A stretch of 45,123 nt of DNA from the IMG/VR virus record IMGVR_UViG_2061766007_000731; one strand, given 5' to 3'. Every line of letters begins with the position of its first letter. The first letter of the stretch is position 1. This document shows, in pieces, positions 1-12,132 of the stretch. A program made the translations under genes and the position numbers. The notes beneath the pieces were generated by a model. The model did not search any database. It had not been told where the DNA came from and saw only the letters and a program-made list of their open reading frames with translations. The stretch is from an uncultured virus (IMG/VR IMGVR_UViG_2061766007_000731). Its lineage: Duplodnaviria > Heunggongvirae > Uroviricota > Caudoviricetes.

Positions 1-2
1 TA

Positions 3-3000
3 GAATGCCAACCTTCCTATGATGGTACCGTTAATTTAATAATTAATGACGATNNNNNNNNNNNNNNNNNNNNNNNNNNNNNNNNGGACGATCATTATAA
101 AATTATAAATCGTAATCAAAAAGAGCAAACAAATCTTTATAAAGTTGGAAAGATTGATCAACAAACAAGATTATTTAGAAACATAAACTCTATTCCTAAA
201 ATTGATTTAATCAATGTAACTAATGTTGGTCAATTAATGGGAGGTAATTATACATTTTATATTAAGTTTGCTGATAACGATTATAATAAAACCGATGTGG
301 TTGCAGAATCCGGAATAGTTTCTATATTTAAAGGCTACAGTAATAGAATACACACTATATCTGGAACAATTTTTAATGAACGTACGGATAAAGCGATCAA
401 ACTTCGTATATCTAATGTAGATACATCTTTTTCTAAAGTATATATATATTATATAAGAGAGACTTGTGATCAAAATGGAGTTAGAATAACTACAGCTGGA
501 ATGTATAAGCAGCCGTATGAGATTCGCGATAAGATTTTAGATGTTGTCATCAATGGATTTGAAGATGAAGAAACGTTAACTCCAGAAGAAATTAATATAC
601 AGTATAACATTGTCACTGCTGTTAAAACGCAAGCTCAAGTTCAAAATATGTTATTTTTTGGAAATGTTCAAAGTAATATCTTGGATGTTAAAAATTTACA
701 GAACATTTCTTATTTTATTCCTGTTACATTAAAACAAAAAGAAAACATAGGTTGAATTAGCGCTAAAGATTATNNNNNNNNNNNNNNTCAAACAGAATAT
801 TATAGTACTAATAATATATATTATAATCTTGGATATTGACCGGATGAAATATATAGATTGGGCGTAGTATATATATTAAAAGATGATTCTTTAACTCCTG
901 TATTTAATTTAAGAGGGCATAATTTTACTAAAGTTTCTGGAGATAATAATATAGAATGAAACTTTGATCGTACTGAGGAATTGTATACAGATGGTAAAAT
1001 GAATTATCTTGAACGTGATGAATTTTTAACAACAAAAAAGTTTCTCGATAATACTTTTGGAGTATTTAAAACACCGGACGCTACAATTATTAATTACGAA
1101 GAAACTAGCGTTTATAATAGTCAATCTGTAAAACCGTTATATTTTCATATAGAAATTACAAATGAAATTAAAAACGCATTAAAAGAATTTAATGTAAAAG
1201 GGTTATTTTTTGTAAGACAAAAACGCATACCTACTAATTTAGCACAAGGATTTTCAATTGGTATTGATCGTATTAGTTATACACCTATTATTTGAGATAG
1301 TACTAGAAATAGTGGACAAGGTGCTTATATTGCAGAAAGTTTTTTAACTGAAGATAATACTTTAAGTACTAGTTTCGAATCTCATATCATTGAAACTCAA
1401 AATTCGCAGTGTTCAGGTTTGTTGTGTGTAGACGCAATGGTAAATCCACAATTACAGTCAAACTTTGATGGAAGCGAATTTATATTAAAACCTCAATTTA
1501 GATCAAGAAACGGTAATACTTTAACTAGAAATAAAAGACATTATTATATTAAAGATACCGCCGCNNNNNNNNNNNNNNNNNNNNNNNNNNNNNTATGTTG
1601 ATTCTGGTACACCAATGAAGTACATTAATGGTTTAGGATATTCTACTAAATGTGGTATGGCAGAGGATGTTAGTAAGTTTTCATTTTTTTCTGAAACAAA
1701 TAAACGTGATGCTACTAATAAAATTTTAAGAGGTGTCTATTGTCCATTTTTAGGAACTAATCAAAATTTAGATAAAAATGTTGTATATACTATAAAAGTT
1801 CCTAATTATTCTGGAGCTTTAATTAAAGATTATTTTTCTATTAGAGGGAAAGATACTACTCCATTTTTTGCTATATCTGATAGATATAGTATTGATAATA
1901 ATTTTACAGTAGACTGTTTTAGAGGTGATTGTTATTCTAATACAGTAACTGTTAGAATAAATAGAAATTTTGTTGATTCTGAAGTTCCAGTAACTGATAT
2001 AATTATCGATCCAGATACTTGGAAAAATAATTATAAAGGTTATTTTAATATGATTAATAATAGTGAATCTGATGATGATACTGATAAGGATAAGATTGGT
2101 AATTTTGCTAATATAAATAGAGCTGATATAAATACAGTTCCTTTAGGTATTTGAATTACATACAAATGTCTATCAAACTATAATTTAGGTTTGCGGACTA
2201 TAGATATTAGTAATACCGATGAATATGCTTTAATGGGAAGCCCTAGAAGTTTTTATCCAGTATCTGACATGTCAGTTGTATCTTCTACAAAAGTAGAAGA
2301 ATCTAAATTATTAAATGATGGTTATTGTTCTACTGTAGGACAAAGACGTAATTTTATTGTAGATAATGTGCCATATATAAAAGAATTATACGATAATAGA
2401 ATTATGTTTAGTAATGTTCAACGAGAAGATAATTTTCAAAATGCTTATAGAATTTTTCAAGGATTGTCGTTTAAAGATATTGATAGACAATATGGTGCTA
2501 TAGTTAAATTAATATCATATGGAGTTAATTTGTTTTGTGTTTTTGAACATGGCTTGGGACTTATTCCAATTAATGAGAAAGCATTAATAGCAACTACTAC
2601 CGGACAATCTATTCATATGTATGGATCTGGTGTAATTCAAAATCAAATTACTTTAATTTCTGCTGATTTTGGAAGTATATGGCCAGAATCTGTAATCCGT
2701 ACTCCAATTGGTATATATGGTGTAGACACGTATGCTAAAAAAATTTGACGCTATTCTGATCGTGGATTAGAAACTATATCTGATATGAAAATTCAAAGAT
2801 TTCTTAACAGTAATATTAAACTTTATGAAAAAGATAAATATCCAANNNNNNNNNNNNNNNNNNNNNNNNNNNNNNNNNNNNNNNNGTTTACTTTTTATAA
2901 TGAACTTACTGATACTACGTGAAATCTTTGTTATAATGAAAGAATGGATAAATGAATTACTCGTTATTCGTGAACTCCATTATATTCAGAAAATATAAAT

Positions 3001-4088
3001 AATATATTTTATAGTTTAGATCAAAATAGAGCAAAAATTTTAGGTTATATTTATAATAATCAAAATTGTAGTTATGGATTACGTGTTGGTACAGGAGAAA
3101 ATGAATGAATTATAGATACCGTAAATGATAATCATGAAATTCATTTATCTACTGTTGGTTATGATTTGATTAATAGTTATTCGTATATTATAGAATCTTT
3201 TGAAACTGCTTATTTAAATAGTAAAAATGAACAAGTAGATATTAAGATAACTAATATTGGAAATATATTTAATGTTTCTGATTCTATACTTACTATAAAT
3301 CAAGAGAATTTATTAAATGCTTTACAAACTATAACAATGAATTCTCTTACTCAGGAGCCTGATTTAAATCACATTCCTCCATTTTTAAAAATTAATTTAA
3401 AAATACGTCTTGGTATAGATAGCGATATTAACGATGCTAATAGTTATATACATGATGTTTTGGGAATTGTTATTAATAATAACGTTTTAAGAAACAATAA
3501 TCTAAGTCAATATAATAAAGAAAAGAAAGCTTTTCTTCAAAATGGATTTTACTTACACGGTAAAGCTGGTATATTTAATGAAATAAATTATAGAGACGAT
3601 TCATTTGATAATGAAATATTACCAACTAAATGATATGAACGTCAAGAACCATTTGAATTCGAATTTGTTGTAAATGATCAAGTTGGATTACATAAAATAT
3701 TTGACAATCTTGTTATTATATCTAATAATGTCCAACCAAATCAAATTGAATATGAAATTACTGGCGATGTTTATAAATTTAATAAAACAGGTATATTTAG
3801 AAAAGACAATTTTGGAGAAAATGAATGAGATACTACATATACCAAGCCAAGATTTATTGAATGAGACGAAAAACGTTCTAAATTAGAAGTACCGATTAAA
3901 TATCAAACATCACAAGACTTTTATAATACTAGAGTGGTATGGGATGATGTATTAAATCAATATTCATTAATAACAACTCAGGATTGTCAAAATATTGAAA
4001 AATACGGTAGGCGTTTAGGTAATATTCACTATAAAGAAGACTCTTGATATATCACTATTGATCCTATTAAATATAAAGAAAAATATAA
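3..4088 (+). CDS. Tail stabilization / muzzle-type virion protein (5' partial; 3' end in N gap)
   Basis: ORF fragments 237, 981, 1419, 1615, 2191 and 3166 join when TGA=W. Reads ECQPSYDGTVNLIIND, NMLFFGNV, GYWPDEIYRLGVVYI, FRGDCY, DRQYGAIVKL, GIYGVDTYAKKIW, KIFDNL, RLGNIHYKEDSW. Resemblance to crAss-like stabilization proteins is from recognition and gene position. Frame changes occur only at N gaps. Confidence 0.65.
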
Positions 4089-4257
4089 NNNNNNNNNNNN
4101 NNNNNNNNNNNNNNNNNNNNNNNNNNNNNNNNNNNNNNNNNNNNNNNNNNNNNNNNNNNNNNNNNNNNNNNNNNNNNNNNNNNNNNNNNNNNNNNNNNNN
4201 NNNNNNNNNNNNNNNNNNNNNNNNNNNNNNNNNNNNNNNNNNNNNNNNNNNNNNNTG

Positions 4258-5487
4258 GGTTTTAGTGAATGGTTATCAAAAATAAATAATTTTTATTATA
4301 GTCAGTATGGCGGAAATTGAAACCAAAATAATAAAAATAATTATCAGAATCAAAATAATAATAAAAATAATTATCAGAATCAAAATAATAATCAAAATGA
4401 TGATCAAAATAATGATCAAAATGATGATCAAAAATCAGGTGGCGATACAGGATATGATTTTAGCGGTTTAGCTGGAATATTAGGACAAGCTACCCAAATT
4501 GGAACATCTCTGCTTGGTAAAAATTATACAGACGAAGGTTTTAGTGATGAGCAAGCTGCTGCTAAATTAGCTAGTAATTTTGGTCCATATGGACAACTTG
4601 CTGCAGGATTAGCTAGTATATCATCACAAGCGACTAGAGCATTAGGAATAAATACATCAACTGTTTCAGATAGAGCTAAAGAAGCTGCTGGATTAAGTTG
4701 GGGACAACAAATTGGTAATAGAGCCGCGTCTTTATTAAATAATACAACGTTTGGTTTGTTTAGTGGATTTGGCGCTATTACTCCAAAAACAGCTGATTAT
4801 AATATGTCTCAAGAAGCTCAATCTTTATCTGGTGCTTATTCTGGTAGTACTTCTGATATGAGAGCTGCTGAAGATGTAGCAGGAAATCGATTCTTTTTTG
4901 GTAAATCAAAAATTAATAATCTTGTTGACAATGCAGTAAAAAATGATGATTTAATTTCAGGAATTGGATTACATAATCAACGTTTGATTACTAGTATTCC
5001 ATATAATGCTGAAGCGGCTAATAGTAGATATATGAAAAGTATTAATGGAGTAACAGGACAAAATTATAGTACAAGAGTTGGCAAACAAGGTATGAAAATG
5101 CTTTCTCGTGAAGAGCTTGATAAAATTTATGCAGCTAGAAAAACAGAATCAGATGTTCAAAAATTTGAAAATGGTGGTTCTATTATGATACCTGATGGTA
5201 AATTACATGCTCATAAACATCACATGGAAGATGTTAATCCTGAATTAGCTGAAGATCTAACTAAGAAAGGTATTCCTGTTGTTGTTACTGATGAAAATGG
5301 TGAAGTGACGCAAGTAGCTGAAATTGAAAAAGAAGAAATTATTCTTGAAAAATCATTAACTGAAAAAATTGAAGAACTTAAAAAAGATGGTTCTGAAGAA
5401 GCTATGATAAAAGCTGGTAAATTAATTGTAGATGCATTATTCAATGATAGTACAGATAATGCTGGTTTAATTAATAATGTTGAATAA
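4258..5487 (+). CDS. Putative virion protein (start in N gap 4089-4255)
   Basis: Frame 1 is open from 4258 to TAA 5485-5487 with TGA=W. It has an N/Q/D-rich segment, an Ala/Gly-rich middle, a KFENGG motif and a C-terminal domain (IPDGKLHAHKH..KKGIPVV..QVAEIEKEEII). Confidence 0.7.
4331..4433 (+). repeat. In-frame tandem repeat: 30-bp unit x2, then 12-bp unit x~3.5
   Basis: ataaaaataattatcagaatcaaaataata at 4331-4360 and 4361-4390 (identical), then atcaaaat(g/a)atg units. Encodes NKNNYQNQNN x2 and QNDD/QNND. Confidence 0.9.
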
Positions 5488-6401
5488 TGGATACAAAAAC
5501 TGAGTTATTTATAACTAAAGCAAAAAGTATTCATGGTGATAAATATGATTATAGTAATACAATTTATGTTAATCAAAGAACTCTATTAATGATTATTTGT
5601 AAAGAACATGGTGAATTTAGTCAATTACCTCAAACTCACTTAATTGGATATGGATGTAAATATTGTAGTGGAAAATATAAACATTCGACAGCCGATTTTA
5701 TCAAAAGTGCTAAAAAAATACATAATAATAAATACGATTATTCAAAAGTAGAGTATACAAATAGCAAAAGTAAAGTTTGTATAATTTGTTATAAACATGG
5801 TGAATTTTGACAAACTCCAAACGATCATTTAGATGGTTGTGGATGTCCTATTTGTGGAGGTAAAATAAAAATAACAACAGAGGACATTATTAATAGAGCA
5901 AAATCTGTACACGGAGATAAATACGATTATTCAAAAACAAAATATATTGATAGTCGAACTAAAATTACAATAATATGCCCAAAACACGGCGAGTTTTTAC
6001 AAAAACCTCACAATCATATAAATTTACGTCAAGGTTGCCCAAAATGTAAGGAGTTATCTAAAGGTCAATTAGAATTATTCAAAAGATTGACAAAAGCTTT
6101 GCCAAATGAACAAATTATATGAGAATACTCTAGTGATTGATTAGGAAAGTTAAAAATAGATATTTATATTCCAAGTTATAAAATAGCTGTAGAATATGAT
6201 GGTGTTCAACACGTCAAACCTATTAAATGGTTTGGTGGTATTGATTCTTTTAACAAAGCAAAAGAAAGAGATTTACGAAAAGAATCACTGTGTAAGGATA
6301 ATGGAGTTTGTTTAATTAGAGTTCCGTACGATGTTACTTTTTCTAGTTTTGATTCTGTAATTAACAATATTAAAAATATAATAAATAATGGTAGATTATA
6401 A
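5487..6401 (+). CDS. Free-standing homing endonuclease-like protein: three DUF723-like zinc-ribbon repeats plus a Vsr/PD-(D/E)xK-type nuclease domain (304 aa)
   Basis: Three repeats of H-(G/N)-(D/N)-KYDYS..IICxxHGEF.Q.P..H...GCxxC, then KIDIYIPSYKIAVEYDGVQH..FGG..RDLRKESLCKDNGVCLIRVPY. Requires three TGA=W codons. TAA at 6399-6401. Confidence 0.85.
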
Positions 6402-7011
6402 TAAACTAAATAAAATAAAGGCAAAAATTAATGATAAAGTATACACTTTATTAGTTGCTGAATCAGAAGAAGAAAAAGAATATGGTTTAAAGGGTGTTAA
6501 AGAACTTGATGATGACGAAGGTATGTTGTTTTCATATAGAGATAATCCTGAAATGAATATAGCCTTCTGAATGAAAGATACAGACATTCCTCTTAAAATT
6601 ATTTTTGTTGATGATGACGATATTGTAACTAAAGTTTATAACGGAGAACCAAATTCTGAAGAACTACTTGAAGGTAATAACGCTTCTTATGTTATTGAAT
6701 TAAATCAGTCTGAGAAAGTTAAAAAAGGTGATGAAGTTGAAATCTTAGATGAAACAGATTATTTGGATTTACCTAAAAATGAAATGTTAGTTCTTAATGA
6801 AGATGGTTCGGTACAGTTTAGTATTGCCGGTTCTAATAGAATATTTAGTCGTATTTCTAGTAGGGTTATTATTCGTAAAGCTAAACGTGCTGTTAAATCT
6901 AAATTAGATTCTGATTATAAATCTTTAGGGCGATACATATTTAATGAATTAGACAGACAAGATAATAGAGAAGCACAATATGTAGAAACTCCTGAAAATA
7001 GTGATAAATAA
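6388..7011 (+). CDS. DUF192 domain protein with C-terminal extension (207 aa)
   Basis: ORFs 6388-6570 and 6571-7011 fuse through TGA to give VAESEEEKEYGL..EGMLF..F-W-MKDTDIPLKIIFVD..YVIELN, the DUF192 signature. Confidence 0.88.
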
Positions 7012-7012
7012 A

Positions 7013-7044
7013 TTTGTATAAATTAAAAATTATCATTATATTTG
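7013..7044 (+). promoter_or_regulatory. Bacteroidota primary-sigma promoter (-33 TTTG / -7 TAnnTTTG)
   Basis: TTTG at 7013-7016, 20-nt spacer, TATATTTG at 7037-7044, in the intergenic gap after the DUF192 gene. Confidence 0.75.
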
Positions 7045-7104
7045 CACATTAATATGCAAATGTTAATGAACAAAATAAAAAGATAGTAATTAATTAAAAT
7101 ATTT

Positions 7105-7404
7105 ATNNNNNNNNNNNNNNNNNNNNNNNNNNNNNNNCAAGCCCCTGCGCAAGGTGGTGCTGAAGATCAGATGATGCAACAGTTAGCTCAAATGGCTCAA
7201 TCTATTATTCAACAGTTAGGCCCTGATGCTGCTGCAATGTTAGCACAAATAATTATGGAAATGTTACAAGGTGCTGCTCAAGGTCCCGTTGGCGCTGCTC
7301 CTGAAGAAGGTCAAGCATTTATGCGTAAAGGTGGTAAACTTTACAAATGTGGTGGAAAGACAAAAATGAAGAAAGCTTGCGGTGGTTCAAAACTTAGCAA
7401 GTAA
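7105..7404 (+). CDS. Small Gln/Ala/Met-rich protein with a basic C-terminal tail (~99 aa; start inferred at gap edge)
   Basis: AT at 7105-7106 is in frame just before the N gap. Reads QAPAQGGAEDQMMQQLAQMAQ...FMRKGGKLYKCGGKTKMKKACGGSKLSK*. Confidence 0.75.
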   Translation, partial: XXXXXXXXXXXQAPAQGGAEDQMMQQLAQMAQSIIQQLGPDAAAMLAQIIMEMLQGAAQGPVGAAPEEGQAFMRKGGKLYKCGGKTKMKKACGGSKLSK

Positions 7405-7413
7405 TAAAAACTG

Positions 7414-7451
7414 AGGAGGTTGAGGCCCAGACCTCAATCTCCTTTTTATTT
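7414..7451 (+). terminator. Rho-independent terminator
   Basis: AGGAGGTTGAGG-cccaga-CCTCAATCTCCT stem (one G-U pair) followed by TTTTATTT, just after the stop at 7404. Confidence 0.8.
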
Positions 7452-7460
7452 AAGTAACAT

Positions 7461-10400
7461 ATGTCACAAGTAAAAAAATTAGCAACAGGTGGCACTTTTA
7501 TAATCGATGGTCGCGAAATAAATGGAACTGATGCGTTAAATGCAGTAAGATCTAATTTAGGAGAGACCACAGGTGGCATTATGAATGCTTTACAAGAAGG
7601 TGCCACAGTAAATTATAATTCTGCTGATAATACTATACGTATTACAAACAGTGATGGAAATATTGTAACTAATAGTTATTTACCTGCTGGTGAAAAGGCT
7701 AGTCCATTAGATAGTAGATTTAAAAAAGATGTTGGTGCTACATTTCATACTAAAACTGATAGATTTAAAAGAGATTTATTAAAGTTAAGGGGTGTTGCTA
7801 TACCAACACAATCTAAAGAAAATGAAGCGGCAAATGCTTTAACACAATTACGTAAAGGCTCTGGTTGATTTTATACTAAAGATAATAACGGCAATAATAT
7901 ATATTTAGAAGGTCCTGCTAATGCCGATAGAATGTCTGTTTTAAAAGGCATTAGAGATTATATGGAACATTTTACTGATTTTGGCGAAGACGAATCTAAG
8001 AAAAAATATAATACGTCTGGATGAAATAACGATAATTTAACAGCTTTGCGTAATTATTTTAGTGGAATAAAATCAGAAGATCGTGAAGGTTATTGAACTG
8101 GTTTACTAGATAGAATTCAAAAAAACGGCGGAAAAGATCTTACCGATGTTGATAAAGAAACTCTTAGATTAATGGGTTTTGATGATTCTGGTAATGGACA
8201 AGTTAGTTCAGAGATGCCTACAAATAATAAACCTACTATAGATGCGAGTTGAACTGGTGATAGAGATGCTGCTGAAAGATTGGGTATTGGTATTAGAAAA
8301 AATAACGATGGATATTGGGAAATATACGGAGATAGCCCATATACAACTGGAACATGATATAGCAGAGGTCTTAGTTTTTTAAAAGGAACACCTTGAGAAA
8401 CTGGAGCAATACATAATGGCAGATTATATACACAAGGTGATGTATTTGGAGGCAAATATCTTGATTTATCAGAAGCAATGGCTCCTTTTATTTCTGCTTG
8501 ACGTGATGAAACAGCTGATTGAAATACACGTTGGAATAATGCATTAAATTCTGGTGTTAATTGATATGGCATGGATAACAATATTTATGCAAATGCTGGA
8601 GATCCTACTAAACGATACACTCAATATTGAACTAGATACTTTACCGATAACAATATGTCGGGTAATTATAATCTTGTTGACGTGTCTAATGCTTTTTCTA
8701 ATGCTGGTAATAAACAAATTGTATCTTATATAGATGGAACAAATCGTAATATTTATGGCATTGATGAACCTGTTTATTTAGTTCGCGATGCAGATGGAAA
8801 TGTCACTAAATATAATAATCACGCTGCATTAATGGCGGAGTCTGGTTTAATAGAAAATAATGATATTTATGGATTTGCTCCAAAAGATATTCATATGGAA
8901 GAATATCGTCCAATAAAAGGTCGAGACTATGCAGAATATGGTAGATTTGGTCCGCAAGGACAAGAAAATACTATTCTTGTTGGTAGAGATGGATATCTTT
9001 ATTTAAGTAGAGGTGATGATGCTAAGCCAAAACGTATATACGATATTGATAGATTAATGAAAATGTTAGCTGGAGAAGCATTTGAAAATAAAGATTTAGA
9101 TGCTATTACATTAACAAAAGGGGATTATCGTTGAAATCCAGCAACACCATTTAGACAAAAACGTAGTCAAATGATGGCTAATGAACAACAAAGACGTGCC
9201 GAAATAGCAAATCCAAATCTTAATAAGTTTCAATGGGGTGGTTCTATTCAGAAAGTAAGATCTTCTGCTGTATCAAACGACCCATCTACACAAAAACATG
9301 ATTATACAAAAGCTCATGCATTGGATGGTTCTGATGGAAAATTAACAGATGCTGAATGAATGCAAATAGGATCTGCAGTTGGTGATTTAGCTGGTGTTGG
9401 CTTATCTTTTGTTCCGGTTGTTGGTGGTGTTGTTGGAGCTACTACGGGTGCTGCCGCATCTACTACTAAATTTATCGCTGATATAAAACAAGATGGTTAT
9501 CAGGGTAAAGATTTAAGACATTATTTGGGTAATTTAGTTTTAGATGCAGCATCAATATTACCAGTAGTGGGAACTGGTGCTAAAGCTGCAAAGGCAGCTA
9601 AAGTAATTAAATCTGTTGGAAAACCTTTAATAAAATTATTATCTATTACTGGTGCTGCAGCTCCTGTAGTTACAGCGGTAACAAAAATATCTAATGGTGA
9701 AAAATATACATCAGAAGACTTAGCTACTGCTATTAGAGGTATTGGTGCTGGTATTATTGCTACTAAATCTATTAAAGATTCTATTGGTAATGCTAGATTA
9801 GCTAAGAATGTTGCTACAAATGCGGCTAAATCTGCTAATACTATTACATCTAACGGTGTAACTAAAAGTGCTGAAGAAATAGCACAAGCTATTAATGGTA
9901 AAACTAAATTAGATGCAACTAAAGAACTCAAAACATTATTTAAAAACGATAAACAAGAACTTTCGCAATCAGATGCGACTAAGTTATTAGATGATTTAGG
10001 AGTCGAATTTAATAAAGGAAAAATTACCAGTTTTAAACCTAAAAATTGAGGTAAGATACTTACAGGTAAAGGGCGTGGACATAAGACAGTTGAGTTTACA
10101 CCTCAACAAGAAGGTACAACACTTGGTTATATGATAAATCCTTGAAAACGATCTAAAGTACTTGGTTCCGAAGCTGTATTTGGGTTTGGTAAAAATCCTG
10201 GATTAATTAAAGGGAATGTTACTGCTGAAGAAATTAATACTGCCATAAATGCTCCAAAAGCTACATTAATGCAACAAGCTTTAATGAGAATGACTGCTGA
10301 AAATCCGCAAGCGTTTGGCGATTTATTTAAGGTCGGTAATGGTTTTGTACCCACTAATATCAAATCTGGAGTATATTTTGGTGGAAATCGATATTATCGT

Positions 10401-12131
10401 AAAGCTCCTATTTCATCACAAGCAGAGCCAATTAAAGTAAATTATGGCAATTCGTTTGGAAAATATTTACCAGTTTTATATCAAAAACCTGGTTTGCCAC
10501 AACAAGTATTAACGCCAGAAGTTGTTGTTCCAAAAGGTAGTTTTTTTACTGCTAGGAGAATACTTCCACAAGAATTTACACCAAGAGGTTTATTAGGACA
10601 GCGAAACCCCCAAATTAATCCAATATATGGACCTGGATTAGTTAAATATCAATCTCCAAGATATTACAACAACGGTTTTGTTGTATATGGGCCATCTAAT
10701 TCATCGTTTGTGTTTAAGAAAGGTGGTAAAATTATTAAAGCTCAAACTGGTATAAAATTTAATTATGACGATCTTGGCTTATCAAAATTTAATAATACAA
10801 ACAAATGGGTTTTTGATCGTACTATACCATATAATCAAATTGCGGATTTTAATAAATTTGATTTAAACGATAAAAGTTTTTCTAATATATACAAAGAATT
10901 TAAGCTTCCTACTTTTACTAATTTTAATGTAAATGAATTTATACATAATAAAGATTTTAAACTTCCAAGTTTAAATCCAATTGGTGTAACAGAAAGTTTT
11001 ACAAATCCCATATCGAGAAAACCTGATTATGCCGCTTTATTAGGAAAAGATTTTGCTGATATTAAATTAAATAATTCTATAGGACAGAATACTGGTACAA
11101 AATCTAATGAATCGGAGGTTGACACATTAGAAAAAGATCCTGGAGGTCTTCCGGGTTCTGGTTGAGCCGCAAATCTTCCTAATTTAGACGATGCTTTAAG
11201 GGCTGCAGTAACAGCTAGAGGCATATATAAAGATCGAGATTTACAAAGAAAAGCTTTAGGAGAATTATATAAACGACAATTTCAAACTCCACAATTTGAT
11301 AGAGTTAAATATAATTTTTCTGACTTAGAGCAAGGTTATAATGAGTCTGTTAAACCATACTTAGAAAGTACTTTTGTTACGTCTGATGCTAGAGATTCTA
11401 TGGCGTTTAAATTAAATAGAGCACAACAATTATCTGCATTAGCTGGACAAAAGAATGCGCAAATCTCACAGAGAATTAATCAGATTGATGAAACTAATAG
11501 ACAAATTGATGCTCAAAATGAAACAAATAGTGTTCAAACTGCCAATGAAAAGAGTCATTATTTAACAGGTCTGAATTATCAAAATGGAATGCTTGATTCT
11601 GTTGCGCTTAATAGATTATTCTCTGATGTATTAGTTCCATTTGGTCAACAAATGAGTCAACAAGGACGAGATGCTTGAAATAGAGACGCACAATTAAATT
11701 ATCAAATTTATGCTGGACAAGCTACTGATGCTGAAAATGCTAGAATATTAAATGATTTTAGAAATAGCATGCATGGTAAAGTTTGGGACACGTTATCTGA
11801 TAAAGATAAAGCCAAATATGGTAGTTTAGAAAATTATGTATATTCTGTTGATCCAGAATTTTGGAAGGATGTTAAAAAGCCTTCTTTAGATTATACAACT
11901 GGTATGCAAAATGCAAATAAAGCATATAATAATATCGCCGGTGCTGGATTATTTTATAGACCATTAAATAATTATTTTAAATCTGGTGGTACTATAAACA
12001 TTAAGAATAATAATAAGAATTTAAGACCTGCCCAAGAGCAAATAGCGATTAATAGTGCGAAATCTGCAAAACGTTCTGTAGATGAATTATCAAAAGCTTT
12101 ATTAAGAATGCTTCAGCAATTAACTAAATAA
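7461..12131 (+). CDS. Large putative internal virion/cargo protein with a hydrophobic Gly/Ala-rich segment (1556 aa)
   Basis: Seven ORF-track fragments (7461, 8655, 9171, 9360, 10269, 11400, 11769) are in one frame and end at TGA except the last (TAA). No N gaps. Hydrophobic stretch GDLAGVGLSFVPVVGGVVGATTG..LDAASILPVVG at ~9380-9580. Confidence 0.8.
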
Positions 12132-12132
12132 T

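Noticed and set aside
4331..4433. Possible CRISPR array
   Set aside because: Units are contiguous with no spacers and lie in frame within a CDS.
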